64,000 nucleotides of DNA, from positions 215-64,214 of the IMG/VR virus record IMGVR_UViG_3300020202_000079, one strand, 5' to 3'. Of the stretch, positions 9,974 through 20,062 are shown piece after piece. This stretch comes from a virus. The position numbers were made by a program, and so were the translations under genes. Position 1 is the stretch's first letter. Each line of letters begins with the position of its first letter. The notes beneath the pieces were generated by a model. That model was given only the letters and a program-made list of their open reading frames with translations. It was not told the DNA's origin and did no database searches.

Positions 9974-10600
9974 ATGTCCCGCTTCGAGACGTTCGATCGC
10001 GACATCAGGCTCGCGACGGAAGGGATTTCGCAAGACGCGATCAGCGCCGAGCTCGCCAAGCTGGCGAAGGCCGAGCTCGCCCAGGTGATTGCGTCGGGTG
10101 TTGCGTCGCGGCGGTACCGGACATTCGTCAACGGCCGCGAGGGTGCGGCCGAGGAGAGCGTCAGCGCACCGGGCCCGATCGTCTACGACTTCATCTGGTG
10201 GTCGGTCGTCGTCATCGCTGCGCTTGCCGAATTGCAGCGGTTCGCGCCGGTCAAGTCGGGCCGGTACCGCTCTTCCTTCGTGGTGCTGGCGAACCGCGTG
10301 CCGGTAGCGGATTTCGAGAGCATCCCCGCCGAGGCCGAGGTCGTGGTGACGAATGTGCGGCCTTACACCCGGAAGATCCAGCAGACCGTCGTGCCGCTGT
10401 TCCACCGGGCCCGCTCGGGCGTGCTGAGGAAGATGGGCAGCAATCTGGTGAGCTGCCGTGTCGAGTTCCTCGACCTGCCACAGGGGATCCATCCGCAGGT
10501 GCCCTACATCCTGCGCGGGCCGACACGCTCGCGCCGCGCGGACCGGCAGCCTGGGCAGCGGATCACCTATCCGTCGCTGGTGATGAGGATGATTGACTGA
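9974..10600 (+). CDS. Tail completion/neck protein (gp10-like)
   Basis: FAPVKSGRYRSS motif; position before tail terminator. Confidence 0.65.
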   Translation: MSRFETFDRDIRLATEGISQDAISAELAKLAKAELAQVIASGVASRRYRTFVNGREGAAEESVSAPGPIVYDFIWWSVVVIAALAELQRFAPVKSGRYRSSFVVLANRVPVADFESIPAEAEVVVTNVRPYTRKIQQTVVPLFHRARSGVLRKMGSNLVSCRVEFLDLPQGIHPQVPYILRGPTRSRRADRQPGQRITYPSLVMRMID

Positions 10601-10763
10601 GCGGCGGGTGTCTCACCCGCTCTCCCATGCCCCAGTCAGGGATAGCCACAAGCAGGTACCGTATGGGCCCGAGGGCACCCACCGCTTTCGCAGCGCCGCA
10701 AGCAGCCCCGACGCTTCACGAGCGTCGGCATAACGCTCAGCCGAGCAACGGATAGCACAGCAT

Positions 10764-11180
10764 ATGTCCAGCCCGGAAGCCTTTAGCGGCATCGAGACCT
10801 ATCTGACAGCGAACTGGACGGCGACGCCGCTGGTCTTCGAGAATCCGCAGGATCCGACACCGGCCGACCAACCTGCGCATTTTCTTTTTGTGGAGATCGT
10901 CGGCAACGCCTTTGACCAGGTATCGATCGGTGCGGACCCGACGATTTCAAACCGCTGGCGGGAGTGGGGTCAGATATTCCTGCACGTGATGACGAAGAAC
11001 GGCATCGGCAGCCGCCAGGCGCGCGTCTTTGCCAAGCAGGCCCTCGACCTCTTCCGCGGCAATGAGGACGCCGGCATCCGCCCGCGCGGCATGTCTATCG
11101 GCGCCGGGGAGCCGGGCGTGCCGATCGCCAACTACTTCGCCATGACCGCAATCGTCGACTTCGAGAAGGATCACGACTGA
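10764..11180 (+). CDS. Tail terminator protein
   Basis: WTATPLVFEN, QVSIG, WREWGQIFLHV motifs; precedes tail tube. Confidence 0.75.
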   Translation: MSSPEAFSGIETYLTANWTATPLVFENPQDPTPADQPAHFLFVEIVGNAFDQVSIGADPTISNRWREWGQIFLHVMTKNGIGSRQARVFAKQALDLFRGNEDAGIRPRGMSIGAGEPGVPIANYFAMTAIVDFEKDHD

Positions 11181-11356
11181 TGAGCGCAACCGTCGCCAAA
11201 GCGTTCAAGAGTGCACAGTGCAAGTTCTTGCCCGGCGCCCCGGTCTCTCCGGCCGATGATCTCTCGCCGCACGACTATACCGACCTAGTGAAACGCGGCT
11301 TCATCGTCGAGGCGAAAGCCGAGCCGTCTCCGAAATCCGGCCGCCGCACCACCTAA
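11180..11356 (+). CDS. Small hypothetical protein (58 aa, below ORF-track cutoff)
   Basis: MSATVAKAFK...GRRTT, TGATG-coupled to upstream gene. Confidence 0.6.
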   Translation: MSATVAKAFKSAQCKFLPGAPVSPADDLSPHDYTDLVKRGFIVEAKAEPSPKSGRRTT

Positions 11357-11436
11357 ACCACCCCCCTCCCTTTCCTTCCTCGTGATGACCACCCGCCCGG
11401 TCGCGCCAGGCGGCTATCAGCCAATGGAGTGACGCC

Positions 11437-12900
11437 ATGACCGATTCAAACCGGCTTCGCCTGACCACCGTGCGCGAGACGACGCTCGGCACAACGCCCG
11501 GCTCGCCGCGCTTCCGTACCGCCCGCATCACCGGCGAAAGCCTCGGCTTCGAGCCGGTATTCGTCCAGTCGGCCGAGCTTCGGTCGGACCGCATGAACGC
11601 CGATCCGATCAAGGTGAACGAGACCAACCAGGGCGGCATCAATTTCGAGCTCTCTTTCCCGGTCGACGACAGCCCGTTCAGCGACCTGATCCGCTCGGCG
11701 ATGTTCTCGACCTGGGTCAACTCGCCGGTGCGCGACAATGACGGCACGGCCGACAGCGTCATCACCGCCGTCACGGCTGCGTCGGACACCTACACGGTCA
11801 CCACCGGGGCCGCCTTCGTCGAGGGCCAGCTCGTGCGGGCGACCGGCTTCACCAATGCCGGCAACAACTTGATCTTCCGCGCGCAGTCAGGATCCGGGGC
11901 GACTTCGGTCGTGGCGCCGGCGTCGCCCGGACTGACCGACGAAACCGCCCCCCCGGCGACGGCCCGGCTGAAAGTGGTGGGCTTCCAGGGGGCTTCGGGC
12001 GACATCACCGCGACCTCGACCGGGCTCGGCTCGACGGCGCTCGATTTCACCACGCTCGGCCTCGCCGTCGGCATGTGGGTGAAGATCGGCGGCACCGCAG
12101 CGGGCGACAAATTCGCAACCGCGGCCTGCAACGACTGGGCGCGCGTCACGGCGATCGCCGCCACGGCGCTCACGCTCGACAATCTGCCGTCCGGCTGGAC
12201 GACGGACAGCGGCTCCTCGAAGACCATCAAGGTGTGGTTCGGCGACTACATCAAGAACGGCACCACCCGCACCTCGCTGTCGATCGAGCGTGGCTTCATG
12301 GGGCAGGCGACCCCGACCTACGTGCTGCAGCGCGGCATGGTCGCCGGCCAGTGGGACACCTCCTACCAGACCGAGCAGATCGTCACCGGATCGTTCAACA
12401 TGCAGGGCCTGACCGGCGCGCAGGACACCACCTCGCAGGATGCGTCGCCGGATGCGGCGACAACCAACGCGATCATGTCAGCGAACGTCAATGTCGGGCG
12501 GATCGCGGAATCCGGCGTCGCGGTCGCCTCGCCGAACTTCATCCGCAGCGCGTCGATCTCGATGAACAACAATCTGAGGATGATCACGGGGGTCGGCAGC
12601 GTCGGTGCCGTCGACATCGGCGTCGGGGAATGTGCCGTCACGATCAACCTCGAGACCTATTTCGGCTCGAATGCGCTGTACACGAAGCTGCTCGCCGGCA
12701 CGGTGGGCAATATCAACATCCGCACCCAGAAAGACAGCCAGGCGGTGATCGACGCCGTGCCGCGGGTGACCTTCACCGGCGGTGCGCCGTCGGCCGGGGC
12801 GAAGAACCAGGATGTGATGCTGCCGCTGGCCGGCATGGCCAGCTACGACAGCCTCACTGGCGCGCATCGCATCGTCAACCGCCTCGAATATTACGAGTGA
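11437..12900 (+). CDS. Major tail tube protein with inserted beta domain
   Basis: RETTLGTTP, SAELRSDRM, ISMNNNLR, INLETYF motifs; T/G/A-rich central insert. Confidence 0.85.
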   Translation: MTDSNRLRLTTVRETTLGTTPGSPRFRTARITGESLGFEPVFVQSAELRSDRMNADPIKVNETNQGGINFELSFPVDDSPFSDLIRSAMFSTWVNSPVRDNDGTADSVITAVTAASDTYTVTTGAAFVEGQLVRATGFTNAGNNLIFRAQSGSGATSVVAPASPGLTDETAPPATARLKVVGFQGASGDITATSTGLGSTALDFTTLGLAVGMWVKIGGTAAGDKFATAACNDWARVTAIAATALTLDNLPSGWTTDSGSSKTIKVWFGDYIKNGTTRTSLSIERGFMGQATPTYVLQRGMVAGQWDTSYQTEQIVTGSFNMQGLTGAQDTTSQDASPDAATTNAIMSANVNVGRIAESGVAVASPNFIRSASISMNNNLRMITGVGSVGAVDIGVGECAVTINLETYFGSNALYTKLLAGTVGNINIRTQKDSQAVIDAVPRVTFTGGAPSAGAKNQDVMLPLAGMASYDSLTGAHRIVNRLEYYE

Positions 12901-12993
12901 TTGGCGTCTCCGCCGACACGGGTCAGGTTTCGGCCGAAAGGGCGGGCGGCATGTCGGGGCCGCTCGCCTCCTTCCGACAAAGGGAAAATCACC

Positions 12994-13392
12994 ATGACCG
13001 TAAAGCTTTCCTCGCTGAAGGCGGACCTTGTGCGCGAGAGCGTCGGCGACTGGGTCCCATATCCCCAGTGGCCCGGCGTGCGCTTTCGTGTCTCCTCGCT
13101 CAACAAGCCAGAATACGTAACGGCGCGAGACAGCCTGATGCAGCGGCTCGCGCGCACGAAGTCCGACGCTGCCGTCGAGTTCGGTCGCCTCTATGCCGAG
13201 CACATCCTGCATGAATGGGACGGGCTCGACGAAGCCTATACTCCCGAACTTGCCCACCACACGCTGACCAATCCGGAGTTTCGCGAAGTGGTGCGTGCTG
13301 TCGAATGGTGCGCCTCGCGCCTTGCCGAGCTCAACCTCGAGTTCGTGGAGAAGACGGGAAAAAACTCCGCGCCGCCCTCCGGTGGCGGCTAG
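12994..13392 (+). CDS. Tail assembly chaperone (gpG-like)
   Basis: Position between tube and tape measure; ends just after a slippery site. Confidence 0.8.
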   Translation: MTVKLSSLKADLVRESVGDWVPYPQWPGVRFRVSSLNKPEYVTARDSLMQRLARTKSDAAVEFGRLYAEHILHEWDGLDEAYTPELAHHTLTNPEFREVVRAVEWCASRLAELNLEFVEKTGKNSAPPSGGG

Positions 13393-13730
13393 AGGGGCAA
13401 AAGACTGCGGCCTGGCTCAGTCGGCTCGCCGAGGAACATCCAGACGAGATCACCGTTGACGCCCGCCCCGAACCGCCGCCCGATCAGGAGCGCTGGCATG
13501 ACCTTTACTGGCGCGCCTGGGACATGCTTCGCTTCGACCGGCAGTACGGGGCCATGGGCGGCCAATCTCCGATCCTCTTCACGGCAATCGACTGCTACGC
13601 GCACCGGTACGGCATCGAGGGCGAGGAGTTCGACATCTTTCGCCACCTGCTCACAGCGATCGACACGGAATGGCTTCTGTGGGCGGCGGAGCGGGAGAAG
13701 GAAGAGGCGGCGCGCAGGCGGCCTCGATAG
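12994..13730 (+). CDS. Frameshifted tail chaperone (gpGT-like)
   Basis: -1 frame reads KKLRAALRW...YWRAWDMLRFDRQYGAMGG..ILFTAIDCYA. Confidence 0.8.
13356..13365 (+). other. Programmed -1 ribosomal frameshift site GGGAAAAAAC
   Basis: G GGA AAA / A AAA AAC heptamers in phase; -1 frame is open to 13730. Confidence 0.85.
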
Positions 13731-13754
13731 CTCAAAATCCTGGACGGGGCCTAT

Positions 13755-16700
13755 ATGACTGTTTCCCTGCGGCAGCTGCGCGTCAGCGCCGACTTCGACG
13801 CTTCGAAATATGTTGCTGGCATGGCAGCGAAGGTGTCGGCCGACAAAGCCGGCGCCGCGTCGAGCCGCGAAGTCGGTGATGCGATCACAACGACCGACCA
13901 GAAAGCCCAGCGCTTGACCGGCGTCGAGCGGCTGTCACGGCAGTTCATCGTCGGTTATGGCGAGGCGCAGAGGTTCAACGCCGCGCTGATGAACATCGCC
14001 AAGGCGAGCAACGTCACCGAAACGTCCATGGCTCAGCTCGAGGCGCTGGTCGAGGGTGTGTATCGCAAGTTCGGACTGCAGGCGGACGCGGCGCAGCTGG
14101 CCGCGGCCGGCTACCACAACGTCTCCTCGGCAATCGCCGCCGTCAACAGCCGATACGAAGCCCAAGCCGAAGGCGCGCGCAGGGCCGCCATCGCGGTCCA
14201 GCACCTCGCCGATGCGCAGCAGGCGCAGGCGCGCGTCAACGCCGCAACAGGCGTCAGGAGCGACTTCAACTCGCAAGCGCGGGCGGACGATATTGCGGCC
14301 TACGGGGCCGAGCTCGACCGGCTGCGGGCAAAGTACAATCCTCTCTTCGCGGCGCAGCGGGGCTATCTCGCGACCTTGGAGGAAATCCGCCAGGCTCATC
14401 GTGTCGGCGCCCTCTCAGCCACCGAGGCGGCGGATGCCATCCAGCGCCATAAGGCATCCTTCGCCAATCAGGTCCTGGCGCTCCGTGGGGTCGACCCGGC
14501 GGTCAGGACGGCTGCGAAAGGGACGGCGCTGGCCGCGCACGAGGTGAGCAACCTGTCGTTCCAGATGAACGATATGGCGATGATGCTCGCCTCCGGGCAG
14601 TCGCCCTTCACGCTGATGATGCAGCAGGGGACCCAGGTCGCTCAAATCATGGGCAAGCGCGGCCTGGGAGAAATCTTTCCGGCACTTGCGCAGGGGCTCG
14701 TCTCGCTGGTCACGCCGACCACCTTGTTCCTCGCCGGCATCACCGCGGCTGGCTATGCCGCCTACTATCTCTTCCGCTCGCTTTCGCCTGAGGTCGAGAA
14801 GCTCGACGGCATCCTGGCGCGGCATGAGGCTAATATCCGCCGCCTCGGACCGGCCTATGACGATGCGCGGGCCAGAGCTGAGGGCTACGCCAGCGCAAGC
14901 GCGGCGACGATCAACCTGGTGAACGAAGGAGAGCTGGAAAAGGCCAAGCGACTGCTGATCGAACAGGTCGACGGGATCATCAGCGACACGCGTGAACGGC
15001 TCCGCTATGGCTTCCGTGGCTTTTTCCCGGCGGAGGAGTTCAAGCCGTTTGAGAAATTGATTCAGAGCCTGCGTGAAAGCGCTCGCGACGGCACGCCAGA
15101 GATCAGGGCTTTTTCGGATGCCGTCACTGCGTTGGCCAAGGCCGATCCGAACCTCAAGCCTGCAGCCATCGAGATCCAGAATCTCGCCAAGGATGCGCTC
15201 GAAACCGCTTCGAGGCTTCCCGAGGTCGGCAAGCAGGTCGACGAGGTTGCCGGCGCGTTCGGGCGAATGAAGGCGGAAATCGACCGCGTTCCGAGCGCAG
15301 GGGTGCAGGACTATATAGGCACCCTGGCAACGGACCTGCGCGCGGGCCGGATCACCGCCGAGGAATTCCGGACGGCGCTCCTCAACCTGTCCGGCGTCTC
15401 GCCGGATTTCTCCGGTGCCATCGCCAGCGTGTCAGGCCTCGCCGGGGAGCTGGAGCGGGCTCAACGGGCAGCGCTCGGCCTCGCGAACACCACGCCCAGA
15501 ACGAGCCGGCTCGGCACGATGGATCGCATGGTCGAGGGGTTCCGCGATGCGTTCGAGATGTGGCGGCGGTTCGGGGATGATGGCAGCAAGGGTTTCGACC
15601 CGGACAAGCCCGCGAAAATCAAAACGGGCAGCACCGCGAACGCCTATCGTGACTTGGTCAAGAGCGCGCAGGACCGGATTGATCAGATGCGTCTCGAAGC
15701 CCAGCTGGTCGGCAAGACCGGCGTGGAAGCCGAGACCTTGCGCTTCGAGCTCGACCTGCTGCAGCGCGCCTACGACAAGGGCCGCAGGCCGACTGAGGCG
15801 CAGATAGCGCAGCTGAAGGAACTGGCCTCTAGCTACGCCGAGGTCGCCAGGAGCACCGCCGAGGCCCGGGCGACAGCGGATTTGCACTTCGAGCGGGAGC
15901 AGCTCAGTCGAACCCGGCAGGAAAAGGAGGTCTATTCGCGCATCCGCCAACTCGGCCTGGACATCAAATCCGCCGAAGGCGAAAGGGTTGCGTTTGCCAT
16001 TCGGCAAAACCAGCAGATCGAGCGCCAGCGCCACCAATACGAGGAAATCGCAGACGTCGTAGGCGACACCTTGGGCGATGCCTTCACCGAAGTTTTCCTG
16101 GGTGGCATCAAGTCGTTCGATGACTTTGCCGAACACGTGGCTTCCGGCCTCGCGAGGCTCGGCGAGCAGAACCTCGCCAAGCTCTTCGACTTCTCGGCGG
16201 AAGGCATATGGGGCGGGGGCGGCGCCGCGAACGACAATCGCAAAGACCCATGGGCGGGGATGCGCGACGCCGTTGAGAAAGGTGCCTTTGCCGGCACGAG
16301 CAGCGGACAGGCTCCGCTCGTCGGCCTGTTCGAGTCGCTCGGAATGTCGGGCGCGGGCGCAGGCAAGGCCGCCGCCGGCGTCAGTGCTGGCCTTGGCGGG
16401 TTCGGCATGGGTTATCAGTCGCAAAATCCGGCGATGGGCGCGCTGGGCGGCGCATTGAGCGGCGCCGCCGCGGGAGCCCCCTTTGGCCCAATCGGTATTG
16501 CCGTCGGCGCCCTGATCGGTGGCGCTGCTGGTGGGTTGGGCGGCATTTTCGGCAACAGCCAGCAGAAGAAGAAGGATCAGCAGCAGGCGCGCGACAGCAT
16601 CGAGCAGAGCCGCTCGACGATCGACACGCTCATCGACACGGGCATGGGCCGGGGCGTGGGCGGAATGGAGCAGACTTTCCGCGATTTCCGCGATGAGGCG

Positions 16701-18038
16701 GTCAAAGCGTGGCAAACGGCATGGAAGGCAGGCGACCACGCGCTCGCCAACGAGCTTGTCGTGGCCATCGACAATTTCCAGGGCATCCTCAGGGCCGATT
16801 TCATCAACGGCTTCACCGGCACGCTGGAGGCGCTGCATGCCGGGCTTGGCGGCGACAGTCCCTTCGTTCAGGCGCAGCAGCGCATACGCGCCTTGCGCGA
16901 GGAGATGAAGGGGTTCGTCGAAGACGCCGCGTTCGCCGGTGCGAGCGTCGGCGACGCGCTGGCGGCAGCGCGGTCCAATCTGTTGATGCAATTGCGCGGC
17001 GTCGAAGAGCTTTCGCCGATGCAGGCCGAAATGCAGCGGTTGGTGGGCACGGTTGCCGGCCTTTCGAGCACGCTCGTCGAACTTGGGCTGACCGCCGAGC
17101 AGGCCGGCTGGATGGTGCACCACAATCTCAGCCTGGCGATCGCCAAGCTGCGCGATGATTACACGGAGGGTCTCACCCGCTCGATCAACGAGTTGCGCGG
17201 CAATGGCTATCTCAACGAGATTGCCGACGCGCAGAAACGCTACAATGAGCGCCTGCGCGACGCCGCAGCGCTCGGCTTGAGCGCCGCACTCGCCCAGGAG
17301 GAATACAATCTGGCGGTGGCGAAGATCTTTGAAAGCGCCGATCTCGGGGCCGACGAGATCGCCCGGCTGACCGCGCAGTTCCCGTTTCTGGCATCCGCCG
17401 TCGACTCGGCGCTGAAGGACATCCGCCGCTCATTCGCGGAGACGATCACCGACTTCTGGCGTTCGATCCGGCTGGACGCGGGTTCCTCGATCCTGTCGCC
17501 CACCGACCAGCTCGCCGAGGCGAAGGCCGCTTTCGAGCGTGCCGCGTCCGGGGCGCTGGGCGGCGACCGGTCCGCCATGGACGGGCTGCAAGGCGCGATC
17601 AGCACCTATCTCGAGCAGGCAAAGTCGTATTTCGGTTCCGCCGCCGGCTATGTCGACGCATTCAACTCGATCGACTCCGTCATCCGGCAATTGCGCCAGG
17701 CCGGGGGCCTCACGCCGGGCTTCGCCGGCGGCGGCTACACCGGCGACATGGCCACGAACCGGGTCGCCGGCACCGTGCACGGGCGCGAATTCGTTGCGAA
17801 TGCGGCGGTGACGGCACGATGGCGGCCGGAGCTCGAGGCCATGCACGCCGGAACGTTCCAGCGCGGCGACGGCAGGGAAAACTTTCGCGAACTCGGCCGC
17901 ATGGTGGCAGCGGCGACGGCCGCCCAAACCGAAGCGCTGGCTTCGCAGCTCGCCGACGTGCGCGCCGAGCTCAGGCGGCTTGCCGACGCGCAGCGCCTGG
18001 CGGCCGAACGCAAGCCCGCCCCGGGCAAGGCCGCTTGA
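13755..18038 (+). CDS. Tape measure protein
   Basis: 1427 aa, Ala/Gly-rich helical, NLSFQMNDMAMMLASGQSPF...QQGTQV lambda-like motif. Confidence 0.93.
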   Translation: MTVSLRQLRVSADFDASKYVAGMAAKVSADKAGAASSREVGDAITTTDQKAQRLTGVERLSRQFIVGYGEAQRFNAALMNIAKASNVTETSMAQLEALVEGVYRKFGLQADAAQLAAAGYHNVSSAIAAVNSRYEAQAEGARRAAIAVQHLADAQQAQARVNAATGVRSDFNSQARADDIAAYGAELDRLRAKYNPLFAAQRGYLATLEEIRQAHRVGALSATEAADAIQRHKASFANQVLALRGVDPAVRTAAKGTALAAHEVSNLSFQMNDMAMMLASGQSPFTLMMQQGTQVAQIMGKRGLGEIFPALAQGLVSLVTPTTLFLAGITAAGYAAYYLFRSLSPEVEKLDGILARHEANIRRLGPAYDDARARAEGYASASAATINLVNEGELEKAKRLLIEQVDGIISDTRERLRYGFRGFFPAEEFKPFEKLIQSLRESARDGTPEIRAFSDAVTALAKADPNLKPAAIEIQNLAKDALETASRLPEVGKQVDEVAGAFGRMKAEIDRVPSAGVQDYIGTLATDLRAGRITAEEFRTALLNLSGVSPDFSGAIASVSGLAGELERAQRAALGLANTTPRTSRLGTMDRMVEGFRDAFEMWRRFGDDGSKGFDPDKPAKIKTGSTANAYRDLVKSAQDRIDQMRLEAQLVGKTGVEAETLRFELDLLQRAYDKGRRPTEAQIAQLKELASSYAEVARSTAEARATADLHFEREQLSRTRQEKEVYSRIRQLGLDIKSAEGERVAFAIRQNQQIERQRHQYEEIADVVGDTLGDAFTEVFLGGIKSFDDFAEHVASGLARLGEQNLAKLFDFSAEGIWGGGGAANDNRKDPWAGMRDAVEKGAFAGTSSGQAPLVGLFESLGMSGAGAGKAAAGVSAGLGGFGMGYQSQNPAMGALGGALSGAAAGAPFGPIGIAVGALIGGAAGGLGGIFGNSQQKKKDQQQARDSIEQSRSTIDTLIDTGMGRGVGGMEQTFRDFRDEAVKAWQTAWKAGDHALANELVVAIDNFQGILRADFINGFTGTLEALHAGLGGDSPFVQAQQRIRALREEMKGFVEDAAFAGASVGDALAAARSNLLMQLRGVEELSPMQAEMQRLVGTVAGLSSTLVELGLTAEQAGWMVHHNLSLAIAKLRDDYTEGLTRSINELRGNGYLNEIADAQKRYNERLRDAAALGLSAALAQEEYNLAVAKIFESADLGADEIARLTAQFPFLASAVDSALKDIRRSFAETITDFWRSIRLDAGSSILSPTDQLAEAKAAFERAASGALGGDRSAMDGLQGAISTYLEQAKSYFGSAAGYVDAFNSIDSVIRQLRQAGGLTPGFAGGGYTGDMATNRVAGTVHGREFVANAAVTARWRPELEAMHAGTFQRGDGRENFRELGRMVAAATAAQTEALASQLADVRAELRRLADAQRLAAERKPAPGKAA

Positions 18039-18048
18039 AGGCACGATC

Positions 18049-18834
18049 ATGCTGGCGATGACACGCAAGCTGCAGCGGGCGCTGGGCAATCATACGCTGG
18101 GCATCGCTTCCTATGCGCCGCCGGCGACACTCGCAGGCTCGCTGCACAATCAAAGCCCGACCGAGGACGGGGTCACCACCTTCGAGGTCGCGGCCGGAGG
18201 TTATGCGCGGGCGTCGCTCACGGGCCTGATGTCGCCGGCCAATGCGTCGACCGGAATCTCGCGGCTCGACCACGTCGTCAACATCGGCCCGGCGACCGCA
18301 AACTGGGGTGTCGTCACCTATTTCGGCATCCACGACGATGTCGGCGACATGATCTTCTACGGTGCGCTCAACCCTTCGCAGAGCGTCGAGACCGGCCAGC
18401 AATTCCAGCTGACCCCTGGCCAGCTCACAGTGGCGATCACCGAGGGCGCCACCCTTTGGCTCGCCAAGAAGCTGCTCGACCATGTGCTCGTCGGCATCCC
18501 CTGGACGATGCCGACGGCGATCCGGCTGGCACTTCACCTGGCGAGCCCGACCAATGCGGGATCCGTAGCAGCCGAATGCACCGGCGGCGGCTATGCCCGT
18601 CCGAACCTGACCGGGCTGATGTCGACCTTCGATCTGGCGTCGGGCGTCTCGACGCTGGCGACGGATGTAAATATCGGCCCCGCGACGAACGACTGGGGCG
18701 CCATCACCGACGGCTCGCTGCACGACCAGGCCGGCAACATGCTGATCTTCGGCCAGAGCCAGGAGGCACAGATCGTGCCGATCGGCGAAAGCTTCCGGCT
18801 CAAGGCCGGGCGCTTCGCCATCCCGTTTCGCTAA
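18049..18834 (+). CDS. Tail protein made of two tandem ~130 aa domains
   Basis: Both halves carry GGGYAR, NIGPAT.(N/D)WG, HD..G.M motifs. Confidence 0.75.
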   Translation: MLAMTRKLQRALGNHTLGIASYAPPATLAGSLHNQSPTEDGVTTFEVAAGGYARASLTGLMSPANASTGISRLDHVVNIGPATANWGVVTYFGIHDDVGDMIFYGALNPSQSVETGQQFQLTPGQLTVAITEGATLWLAKKLLDHVLVGIPWTMPTAIRLALHLASPTNAGSVAAECTGGGYARPNLTGLMSTFDLASGVSTLATDVNIGPATNDWGAITDGSLHDQAGNMLIFGQSQEAQIVPIGESFRLKAGRFAIPFR

Positions 18835-18867
18835 GTAACTACCCGCCTTCGCAAAGGAGAAACCCAG

Positions 18868-19335
18868 ATGCGCGGTTATGCACTTTCCAACACGCTCGCC
18901 GGCACCCAGCAGGCGGTCTCGACGGCGTTCAAGACGCTGGTCAACCTGTCGGCGTCGAACACCACTCTGTTGAAGCGTGCCGCCGTGCACGAGTTCGCCG
19001 TGGGCGTCGACGGCACGCCGGCCGACCAGGTGATGACCTGGGACATCTCGCGCACCACCGCGATCGGCACCGGCACGTCGGCGACACCGACAAAGCTCGA
19101 CCCGGCCGACGGCGCGACGCCGATGGTGGGCACGGTGAACCACACCGCCGAGCCGACCGTCACCGCCGCGTCGAGCCTGTGGGCCGCCGGCATCAACCAG
19201 CGCGCGACGCACCGCTGGGTGGCGATGCCGGGCCAGGAGCTGATCATTCCGGCAACCGACGCCAACGGCCTGGCGCTGCGGGTGAAGAGCCCCGGCTACA
19301 CCGGTACCGCGATCGGGCAGCTGCACTTCGCCTGA
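18868..19335 (+). CDS. Hypothetical virion protein
   Basis: T/A-rich beta protein, AAGGAGA SD. Confidence 0.65.
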   Translation: MRGYALSNTLAGTQQAVSTAFKTLVNLSASNTTLLKRAAVHEFAVGVDGTPADQVMTWDISRTTAIGTGTSATPTKLDPADGATPMVGTVNHTAEPTVTAASSLWAAGINQRATHRWVAMPGQELIIPATDANGLALRVKSPGYTGTAIGQLHFA

Positions 19336-19381
19336 CAGCCGTTCCGCAAAAGAGAGGCCGCGCCCCAACAGGAGACCCAAG

Positions 19382-19789
19382 ATGGCTACCAGCGTCCATC
19401 ACGAAGCGGCGATCGCGTTCATCACCGCGCTCGCTGCCGACCCGCAGTCGGCCGAGACGTTCAAGCAGCACCTCGACGACGTCTTTCCCGGCTGGCGCTC
19501 CAATGCGTCGCCGATGCAGGGCTATTCGACCGGCCACCACCATGTGAGCCTGATCGTCGGCCGGTCGCTGCACGACGCACTGCCGCAGCCCTACAACGCG
19601 CTGCCTTACCAGTGGGAGCAGAAGCACGGCTTCGGCGCCGTGGTCGCGTATGTGGAGCAGGCCGGCCGCACCGAGAAGGAGGTCGACGAACTGCTGCGGG
19701 CCGGCGCGGCCGCGCTTCAGCGCGTCATCACCGACGCCGGCGGCGAGCCCACAGGCGAGGAAACGGCGAAACCAGCGAAGCGGAAGTAG
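19382..19789 (+). CDS. Hypothetical protein
   Basis: AGGAGA SD, phage-like codon usage. Confidence 0.65.
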   Translation: MATSVHHEAAIAFITALAADPQSAETFKQHLDDVFPGWRSNASPMQGYSTGHHHVSLIVGRSLHDALPQPYNALPYQWEQKHGFGAVVAYVEQAGRTEKEVDELLRAGAAALQRVITDAGGEPTGEETAKPAKRK

Positions 19790-19801
19790 AGGCCGACATC
19801 C

Positions 19802-20059
19802 ATGCGTCGGCCCGGTGGCTATTTCTTCACCTGCGACGAGACGGGCAGTGAGCGTGTCCAGGACACCTTCACCTGTGCCCACTGCAATCGCATCGTCGCG
19901 GTGAAGCCGCTCGCCGACCCAGCGAACATGGGTGGCCGCTGCTATGTTTGCGACAAGCTGATCTGCCCGCTCTGCCTCGGTAAGGGCTGCGATCCGCTCG
20001 AGAAGAAGCTGGAGCGTATCGAGGCCAGGGACCGCCTTTACCGCGAAATGCGGGGTTGA
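19802..20059 (+). CDS. Small Cys-rich putative zinc-binding protein
   Basis: CAHC, CYVC, CPLC and further Cys in 85 aa. Confidence 0.65.
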   Translation: MRRPGGYFFTCDETGSERVQDTFTCAHCNRIVAVKPLADPANMGGRCYVCDKLICPLCLGKGCDPLEKKLERIEARDRLYREMRG

Positions 20060-20062
20060 TCC

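Noticed and set aside
16220-16240. AANDN ssrA-tag-like motif in the tape measure protein
   Set aside because: Five residues, internal, easily by chance; no supporting context
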